Shown here: piece by piece, positions 55,025 to 64,000 of the stretch
How positions within the stretch are numbered: position 1 is the first letter of the stretch
Layout: every line of letters starts with the position of its first letter
Origin: Lama glama
Lineage: Eukaryota
Reading direction: 5' to 3'
Assembly (NCBI GenBank): GCA_028534125.1
Contig: CM052817.1
Span: forward strand, 54,004,001 to 54,068,000
Length of the DNA: 64,000 bases
Notes under the pieces: model-generated
Databases searched by the model: none
Seen by the model: the letters and a program-made list of their open reading frames with translations, nothing else
Told to the model about the DNA's origin: nothing
Program-made: the position numbers and the translations under genes

Positions 55025-55250
55025 AATCAGGCAAACGAGAATAAATCCTGAATCAGTCAATTATTAGCTATTATAAGTTTATATAAATTACTTAACCTCT
55101 CTAAGCTTCGAACACTTCATCTATATAATGGAGATAACTGTACCCACACTTCATAGAGTTCCTGTATGAATTAAAAGAGGCAAATCATATAGTGTGTGTA
55201 AGTACAATACTGCTCCCAAGACACTACTTTCTTTTAGGTATTAATAGTGC
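55025..55250 (+). mobile_element. MIR SINE
   Basis: aaattacttaacctctctaagcttc...catctatataatggagataac...cttcatagagtt. Confidence 0.7.
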
Positions 55251-56039
55251 TGATAACAGGAGACACACACACACAAAAATACTGAAAGGCAGCTCATTCA
55301 GAAAGATGATGATTCTTGGAGAACTACATTATCAAAACATTGTTTCCTTTCCATTTCTCCTTATATACTTATGTACACAATTATTAAAAAATATTCTCTC
55401 CAAAGTAGACTCCCTGGTATTTTACTATAAGTATTTACTGTAATACAAATTACATAACAATATTTATTTCAGGAAACAACAGAATATGAAATGGAACAGA
55501 ATTCTAAGAAGTACAAAATTGTCAAAAATCATTTTAATATTTAAATTTTAAGTCAGACAGCAATTATCCTATTTTATATATTCATCTGGAAATATTGAAA
55601 ACTCATCTCATCAATAATAATGAAAAAGACAACCAAAGTTACTATAATAATCATGTCATACTTGTATTCATACCTAAATTTGGGGGTACTAAGAGAAAGT
55701 TTAAATTTAGTCTTTCTCTTAATGAAAAAAGTCACATTCATTACAGTAATTTTCATTATCAGGGATATAAAAGAAACAGAAGTTTTTTTTTAATGTTTCA
55801 AATTTCTAAGTTAAATAATTACAAGGGTGCATATAACATGAGAAATTCAAAATTTTACCAAAAAGATAGTTATGTAGTCCTCTGTCATATGTTTTTCTCA
55901 TTGTACATCACCAAAGATAAAGGCCACATTCTTTTTAGCCCAAAATATCTCAAAGAAAGATTATTGAAGAAAATCCTAAGTATACAGAATTAGTACATTA
56001 TTGAAAAGTACCCCTAGAAGAGCTTTTTGGTTAACTGAA

Positions 56040-56525
56040 TGTAGTCATTATCTAATATCCACCTAGCACCCACTCCTACAAGTGCATCTGGATATTCTCT
56101 GGAGAATCATTTGCTCATATTCTCAATCTATTTGGGCATGTGAGCCAATGCCTGCCTAATGCATCTCTGTGGTCACAGTGATTCAATCAGGGATGGGCTT
56201 GCAATCCAACAGAAGTCTATAATATCCAAATTTGGAATTTCTGCTGAACACACTGGAAAAGAGATTGCTGGTAAACTCAAACTGAGATTGAAAGGTCAAG
56301 CACATAAGTCTGGTGCTGCTGGGAGTCAATATGCTAATACCTAAAAATGAAGCTAACATAAAGGACAAGAGAAGTGGGAAAAGACAGATATCTGACCGCA
56401 TCACTTGGGCACCTAGATGAAGACAGAGCTAAAGTCAATTAAACCTGGGGCTTTTGGATAAAAGAGTAAATTCCTTCTCTGTAAGTCATTTTCAGTTACG
56501 CTTGAGCTCCTTGCAATTCAGAGCT
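56040..56525 (+). mobile_element. MaLR LTR, MLT1J/K-like
   Basis: ggtcacagtgattcaatcagggatggg...aagtctggtgctgctggg...aatgaagctaaca...gcacctagat. Confidence 0.6.
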
Positions 56526-56917
56526 GCAGAGATTTCTTCAGCCTGACTACATCTTGTCTAGTGCATATAATGCATGTGCTGTTTTATATTATCTGTGACT
56601 CTCTCATTGGATTGTGAACAACATCGTTCACTTTTATCATTAATACTTACTTTTTTTGTGCACAGTGAGTGCTAAGTAATTGATTAATGCATTAATGAAT
56701 TATTCTATTGGCTACCATTATATAAAAATGCTCTTAGAAGAATAAACGGGTGATTATAATTATGACAGAAATATAAATAAGTCAGGGAAACATAAAAAGA
56801 GATAATCTTAGAAGAACTTAACAGGTTCTATATCCAAACATTTTTCTACATAATGATTTTTACTACCCTATAATATGGTGATGACCTATTTATGATATAT
56901 ATGTATGTATTTCTTTG

Positions 56918-57098
56918 AGAGATCAGCAAAAGTTTTCTTTAAAGGCCAGATAGTAAAAATTTTAGGCCCTTTTGGACTCTGTCACAACTATTCAACTCTG
57001 TCATTGTAGTAAGAAAATTTCCAGTAACAGTAAACAAATAAATAAGCTGTGTTACAATAGGCATAGTTTGGAATGAAGGCCACTGCTTGCTCTCCCTT
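56918..57098. mobile_element. MER58A-like hAT-Charlie MITE
   Basis: tcagcaaaagttttctttaaaggccagatagtaaaaattttaggc...tctgtcacaactattcaactctg. Confidence 0.8.
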
Positions 57099-60000
57099 GC
57101 TTTATTCAAGCAATCAATCCGAAGAACCCTCTATTTTGATTTCAACAATAGTAGCTATCTTTAACTTTCAGACTGGGTAAAAAACAAAATGAAAAATAAT
57201 TATTAAAATCCTATGCATTCTGTGATTAACTAATAGTAAAAGTTCTCCCAACTTAAAATAATACAGCATTGCATTCCACGCATATGTTGGTATCTAAAAC
57301 AAAACTAAACAAAATTAATAAAAACAAAAAGCAAAATCACTACCACCACAAAGAAAAACATTCCAATAATCTGCAATATTCTGATGACATTATCTCTACT
57401 AAGGCTATCCCTTAGATGCTTGGCAAAACATAGCGAATAAATTATGTTTTGTCCTATACATTTCCCAGTTCTGTTAGAGTATTAAATTCCTTCTTAATGA
57501 TCATATACAAATGTCGTCAGAAAGTCCGAAAAATAATAATTAATATCTCTTCTTCTTTGACTTACATGTTTTCATTTTTAATAAAATTTTTATTTTTAAA
57601 ACATTATTAAAATTATCTTAAAAGTAATTTATTTTAAAAACATTAATTAATAAATGATTTAAGCACTACCCCCCAAAATAGTAATCTCTCTATGAATAAT
57701 TTTCATTCCAAATCTTAAAAGCATTATCATTTAAATATATCTTCAAAACTGCAGCTGCTGGATAAAGCTATTGTATACTAGCAATGCTCTCATATAGCAA
57801 TTAATGACACTGAAATGTTAATAATTTAGTTATTTTTAACTGATTTAATAAAGAATATCATATATTTAGTGATTTAGGAAACAGTAAAAAGGATTTAAGT
57901 CATTGTGCACATGTATCAGTTTGTTTATCAGTTTTCATCATCCCATTTGTGTTGTTTGGGGATTGCAATTACCCTTGCAATATGATCCCCCAGAAGAGTT
58001 ATTTTTACTTTCTAGTGGACTGTTAATAATGATTTGCTAAGATTTCTAACCTCATTCTCATATGGAAAGTGCCTCCATAAGTTAAAACCTTTCCTCCCAA
58101 CATTTTAAAACAACCAAATTAGTAAGAAAAAAAAATTTTTGTTTGAGAATCACAATGATTGAGGTTGATTATATTATTTAAATCTTTGTCCTTTTGTTGA
58201 TCCCTGGCTGTATTTTTCTATTATGCCTTTTTGTTTTCCCTAAGCAATCAAACATATTTTAAAAATACCTTTCTTAAAATTATTTATCATTCAGTATCCA
58301 GAATAAGCATAGATTTTTACCAACTCACTACCACTTCATATATAAATATATAGGGTCCAAATTAATTTTCACATTTTATTTTATTTTAATTATTTTATGT
58401 ACTATGGTTAAGGTGAAGTATGATCTCCATCATGACCTTGTATTTATAAAGTCAAGTTGTCTTCTTCAATTGATAAGTATCCAGGTCAGATTAATACCAT
58501 TTATTCATTTAGTTCACTTGGTGGTCAGTTTTATGACCAAAAAAATTCCAAAACAACAAAACAAAACAAAACAACAACAACAAAAAACCCGCAGAAAACA
58601 TATTAAAATGAAAATACCAAAACATTACAAAAACATGAAAGCCAGTAGTCACACCTCTTAAAATAAACATTGTGGTATAAACATTAAAATTGGAACTTAC
58701 TATTTAAGTTTTAGGAATATATCATTACAAAAAATATAAAATGGAGTAACTTCAGCCAAGATTAAGAGTGCTGATAATATTGTTGCATACTGAACCTGGT
58801 CAAATTTTGGAAGCCTTATAATACACTTTCATTCAATAAACTTTTTTCTAATGTTACTGAGTACATGCTACCCATAGTTACAACTTATTTCTTAAAAAGT
58901 AGTAAGTATTTTAAGATAGAATCAGTCTAATTTTGATTATAGTTTATAAAATGGCATTTTATTTTATTGATATCCTCCTTGATAAATTTTCATTGTATAT
59001 CCAGGTAACATAAGAAGTCATATGAATACATTTACTATTGTTCAAGACAAAGTAATAAAAGTATTTCCCTTGTTAGATTTAAATTGCTTCTCTACTTTCA
59101 CACTGTTAGCTAGTTACAATATATAAGTTGTTATTGTTAACTGGATACAGTACTCTTCAAAAAGAGCAGATAAGATACCTTACAATAGCTGCAGCTCCAA
59201 CTCCAACTGCCCATTCTGAAAAAGGTCACAGTGAAGCTTGAACAAGTTTAGATCAGTAAACCTTTGTCATCTTTACTGGAACAAGAATCACAGTTCCCTC
59301 CTAAAATATGAAAGATCACTGTAACAGGAAAGTAAACTGAGTGTGGATTCAAGTCCACAGAGCAGTATCTTCTGAAGATACTAACTAGAAAGTGCTTGGT
59401 TCTGGTTCTAATTTTGCTATTGACAGGTCAAAGAACATTGGAATTGATACACTAATTCTCTTATCTGTAAAATAGGAATTGGACTCTCTAAATAAAACTT
59501 TTATTTGAAACAACAAAGGATGTAAAATAATAAGATAACCAATCACTGGGGTTAGCCCAAAAGACATTCTGTGTTTTGCTAAGTGCTTTAAAAAAAAAAG
59601 ATAAATCATCCAAATAAAGAGATGTGACAAAAGGTTAAACCCTTGCACAAAATATATGAATAACCTGTAGATATAGCAAAAGAAATAAAGGCTCTCTAAA
59701 AAATTAAGGATAATATAAAAAGACAAAGCAAAGTTCGACCTATAAATGTACTAACAAATGAAGGCATACAAATAAAAGATAAGCATATCAGAGAATAAAA
59801 ATAGACCCAAAGCCTTAAAAATTTATTTGGCAAATTTAGATGTTGCTGCTATTAAGGATGAATTAATTACATACCTTCATCTTATTAATAAAATACCAAA
59901 TACTAGACGGATATATATCTTATAATCATATTATCATAAATTTTTTTGAGTTTCACTTTTTCATTAATTAGTAAATAATATTATACTTCCATATATAGCT

Positions 60001-60344
60001 ATTAAAAAGAATGAGATAGCAGTATATTTACTAGCATTCATTTCCAAAATATATTTTAACTACAAATATCTATTTCAACTGCTCTATATGTAGAGCAATA
60101 AATACAGTAAGATCACACTTTCTTATATAGTTACTATATGCAGCATTAAAATTGTTAAAAGTGGTTACTTTAAAGGGCTATGATGTGGTTTTGTTAGAAA
60201 ACATTATTTCTATAATTTAAAGAACTCAAAAGGGAGAAAGATAGTATATAGAATACAGGAAAGGAATGACTAAAGTCATAGGAAACTGTGTTCTTATTAC
60301 ATCCCTAGTACTTTTTAGGTGTAAAATTACTTTTGAAAATTACC

Positions 60345-60490
60345 ACATCCAATAGGCCTTGATTTCCTCATCAATAAAACTGAAACAGTATCTAAATGTC
60401 TGAATTAGATGAGAAGTAATTGAAATGATACGTGTTAGGTATTTCACAGTGCCTGGCACACAGCAGCTACTAAATGAATGTCAGTTTGTT
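60345..60490 (+). mobile_element. MIR 3' half
   Basis: ggccttgatttcctcatcaataaaa...cacagtgcctggcacacag. Confidence 0.65.
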
Positions 60491-60897
60491 CATTTTCCTC
60501 CCTTGTTCATTAATAAAAGGCAATGATGTTTCATATTCTAGACTATACTTTCTCCTCTCATTAGAGAATAGAAACGTGGCATAATAGACATGTAGCTTCA
60601 CAGACTTGAAAGAGGATTACTCAGCATGGAAGGACTTTTTAAACCACCCCCCCTAAAAAAAAAAGAAGAAAAGAAAAGAAGAAAAAACCCTAAATCCTCC
60701 TAATACAAATGATATCTGTGAGCAATAGGAATGACAATGGAGACAAATCTTTAACTTGGATAACTTAGTGACCTAGAAAGAAATGCATCTCATTTCAACA
60801 TTGCAGAACAGAAACTCACTCATTAAGAGCTGCCTTCAACTTAAAAATACATTCAGATTTCATTCCCCAATTTTTAAAAGCAACACACTGAAACCCT

Positions 60898-61983
60898 AGA
60901 TTAAAAACTTTTGCTCTGTGAAAAACAACATCAATAGAAGGAAAAGATAGTCCACAGACTGGGAAAAAATACTTACAAAGGGAACATCTGATACAGGACT
61001 GTTATCCCAAATATAAAATAACTCTTAAAAATAATACAATTTAAAACATGAGCCAAAGATCTTAACAGACATCTCATTAAAGAAGATACACAGATGGCAA
61101 ATAAGCATACGAAAAGATGCTTTACATCACTTTATTAGAGAAATGAAAAATAAAACTAGATACTACTATATACCCACTGGAATGACCAAAAAACAGAACA
61201 CATGCATCACTAAATGCTGGTGAAAATTTGAACAACAGGAACTCTCATACACTGCTGCGAGGAATGTAAAATGGACAAGCACTTTGGAAGATAGTTTGGC
61301 AGTTTCTTACAAAACTCAACATAATCTTAACATAGGATCTAGCAATGGTATTCCTTGATGTTTATCAAAAGGAGTTGAAAACTCATGTCCACACAAAAAG
61401 CTGCACACGGATGTTTAGAGCAGCTTTATTCATAATTGCCAAGACTTAGAAGCAACTAAGATGGCCTTCAGTAGGTGAATGCATCCAGACAATGGATGTT
61501 ATTCAGCTCTGAAGAGAAATGAGCTATTAAGCCTTAAAAGCATATTATGTCACGAAGTCAAATAAGAGAATCTAAAACGGCTATATACTCTATGGTTCCA
61601 ACAATATAACATTCTGTAAAAGGTAAAACTATAAAGACAACAGAAAAGATGAGTGGTTGTGTGGGTGTTGGTGGGGGCTGGGTATGAACAGGCTACAGAG
61701 GATTTTCAGGGCAGTGAAGACATTCTGTATATTATACTGATGGATATATGTCACTATAATTTTACCCAAACTCAGAAAGTGTTAACATCAAAAACTAACT
61801 CTAAAACACATTATGGACTTCGGGTATTTATGACGTGTCAATGTAAGTTCATGCTTGATTAAAAAATGTATCATTCTGGTTAATGATATTGATAATGGGG
61901 GAGGCTGTGTATGTGGGGAAGTAGGAGCTATAGGGGAAATCTCTATACCTTCCTCTCAAGCTTGTTGATCTAAAACTGCTTTA
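60898..61983 (+). mobile_element. L1MC-like LINE-1 (decayed ORF2 end plus 3' UTR); its terminus resumes at ~62169-62190 after the SINE
   Basis: aaaaacttttgctctgtgaaa...aagaagatacacagatggcaaataagcat...gcagctttattcataattgcc...tatggactt...gataatgggggaggctgtg. Confidence 0.85.
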
Positions 61984-62168
61984 GGAGGGAGGGTATAGCT
62001 CAAGTGGTAGAGCGCATGCTTAGCATGCACAAGTTCCTGGGTTCAGTCCTCAGTACCTCCTCTTACATAAATAAATAAACCTAATTACTCCCCCCAATTT
62101 TTTAAAAAAAAATTTAAAAAAAGAGAAACAAACAGAAGGGGTGGGCAGAATACAAGACACACACACAC
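61984..62168 (+). mobile_element. Camelid tRNA-Ala(AGC)-derived SINE with 11-bp TSD
   Basis: ggagggtatagctcaagtggtagagcgcatgcttagcatgcac...ctgggttcagtcctcagtacctcc (A and B boxes), then taaataaataaacctaattac and an A-rich tail. TSD aaactgcttta at 61973-61983 and 62169-62179. Confidence 0.9.
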
Positions 62169-64000
62169 AAACTGCTTTAAAAATTAAATTCTAAAGAAAA
62201 ATCTTTGAAAGATGTATCAATTAATACATAACACTGGACATCTGAGAATTAAACAGAAGCCTATTTTGTCAAATGCTAGTTAATTCACAAAGGAAAACAA
62301 GCTTATCCTAGAAAAATAAAGCACTTTTGTTTCTTTAAAAATTAAGCCCATCCAAGCAAAACTCAAGCATAACAATGAGACCCACTGATCTGTAAAGAAT
62401 GACTTAAAAAATAGTCTCTTTTTCGAAGTACTGACTGGTAGAAATCAATCCTTTTTTTTAGTAAAAAAGTATTACAAATAAAAACTACCTAATGAGTGTC
62501 TATCATGTGTCAAGTCCTGACAAGGATCACTAGAACTGATAGATAAATTAATAAAAAGCAGTTTCACATGCATGGAGTTAGTCACACACATGGAGTCAGT
62601 CCACTGAGAGGAGATGGATATGATCTAAAAAATCAAAAAGTATGATGAAGACGTATCATTATAAGGTTGCATGGAGGATAGAGTGAGCAGGGATTTGCTC
62701 ACAAAAATCCCACAAAATCAGACTGTGAACCCTAAAAAGGCAATTACAGCTAACTATGTAACAGCGCTCTTCTGAGGGGCACCTTTAACCTTCTTAGTTT
62801 TCACCCTGCAGAGGGCAAAAGTAGCCTCCAGTGGATGCTGTCAGAGGCAGAACAATCTGTGAGGTAACTTACTTTGAAACGATGATATTTGTTAAAAACA
62901 TAGTATTGTACCTAATTACTCCTTTTCTTGTTTTCTTTTTTTTCCCACTCAAAATGAAGATTTATTCAATTATTTCCTCTTGCCATATTCTGCTTTCTGA
63001 ACAGATTTAGTTGGTGGCAGCAGCATGATCCTACCTGATTATTTTATCACAGCAGTTTAAATGCTTCTAAGCAGTCAGTTTGCTGGAAGTAAAAAGAGGT
63101 GTTGACTATTCTGACCACTTCTTGCTTAGGGAGGTAAGGATATCATTATACTCTAAACCGTTCTCTGGATTCCACCTGTCAGCAGGAAAGTCAGAAGTAA
63201 TTTATTCAGAAAATTCCATTTTCCTTTAATGAGTGTTAGTATTGGTTAGCCTCTATGAAATAGAGATGGTCTCAATCATTTTTCCATGTAATCTGTAACA
63301 TGAAAGACTAAGTAAAAATCTAGATAGATACTAACATTATTTGAAAAGATGGTCAATATTAATTAGAACTTAATAGGGGCTCTATGACTGAAGTTTAAAA
63401 ATTATGGTTATGAAAACATAATTCTGAATGAGAAATATGTGGACTCATTTTCTTTAATTTAACCCACTACTGAGATTACAATTTTAAAATCCTTTTTTAA
63501 TGAGATTTTATGACCTCTCTACTACTTCAGTTTATACTTGCTTCAGTAGAGTCTTCAGCAGGATATTATATTTCATTAATTGAGTAAAATAAATCCCCCT
63601 AATGAATTAGTCCTATTTCATATGATAAACCTACTTTCCAGAGAGATTCTAATTTATATTCACCCTTTCCTATTTTGAGTTGCAAATATAACTCTTGAAA
63701 TGTCCTTTCTAAGATCTCACAAGTGTATAAACTTTAACAACCAATTTCAGAACACAGAAGTAATGTTTAATTCTATTTTTGGAGATACATTATCTAATTA
63801 AAAAATTGTGTATATGATTTTATTTATTAAGATACTGCATTATTCACATACTACATTAAACACTATTCCAAAGTCTTATCTTCCCCTTAAGAAGTTGAAA
63901 AAACCTAACACCTCAACAGTCTAAGGCTTTTCAATAATCATCACACGTCTAACAGCCTTGGGGAGGTAGGGAAAGAAGGACACAGAAAAATATGGTTAAA

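Larger units (their letters stand above)
37313..64000 (-). other. ADGRL3: ADGRL3 intron upstream of the lectin exon (continues beyond the window)
   Basis: AG acceptor at 37314-37313, pyrimidine tract to ~37343, branch-like TTTAAC at 37359-37354. The preceding lectin exon (...YKIMSQR) was not seen. Confidence 0.8.

Noticed and set aside
61984..62060. tRNA-Ala(AGC) gene
   Set aside because: It has a SINE body, A tail and TSD, an imperfect acceptor stem and a mutated B box, so it is a SINE.
1..64000. Remaining 60-161 aa ORFs; prokaryote-type systems (CRISPR arrays, operons, defence loci)
   Set aside because: The ORFs have the length and F/L/I/K-rich composition expected by chance in AT-rich intron, or overlap repeats. 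I saw no repeat-spacer array, gene-dense segment or foreign insert.

Overview
This is AT-rich, CpG-poor mammalian genomic DNA, most likely from a camelid (camel or alpaca), judged from a tRNA-Ala-derived SINE at ~62 kb and a young LINE-1 3' end at ~45 kb. The window lies inside a large minus-strand gene, ADGRL3 (latrophilin-3, an adhesion GPCR). I can support only one coding exon: 110 nt at 37203-37312 (-), encoding (R)[36 protein letters not shown], the C-terminal part of the rhamnose-binding (SUEL/RBL) lectin domain. The supplied ORF track misses this frame, and its ORFs appear to be noise or repeat-derived. The rest is intron carrying old repeats (MIR, L2, L3/CR1, MLT1 LTRs, MER44, MER58, L1MC) and a few lineage-specific insertions. 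Repeat families were recognised by eye from remembered consensus sequences, so boundaries and subfamily names are approximate. I found no demonstrable novel system. The best testable leads are (1) cryptic splice or read-through routes that would end the protein just after the lectin domain, (2) a SINE with an apparent 3' transduction, and (3) a few repeat-free candidate regulatory blocks.
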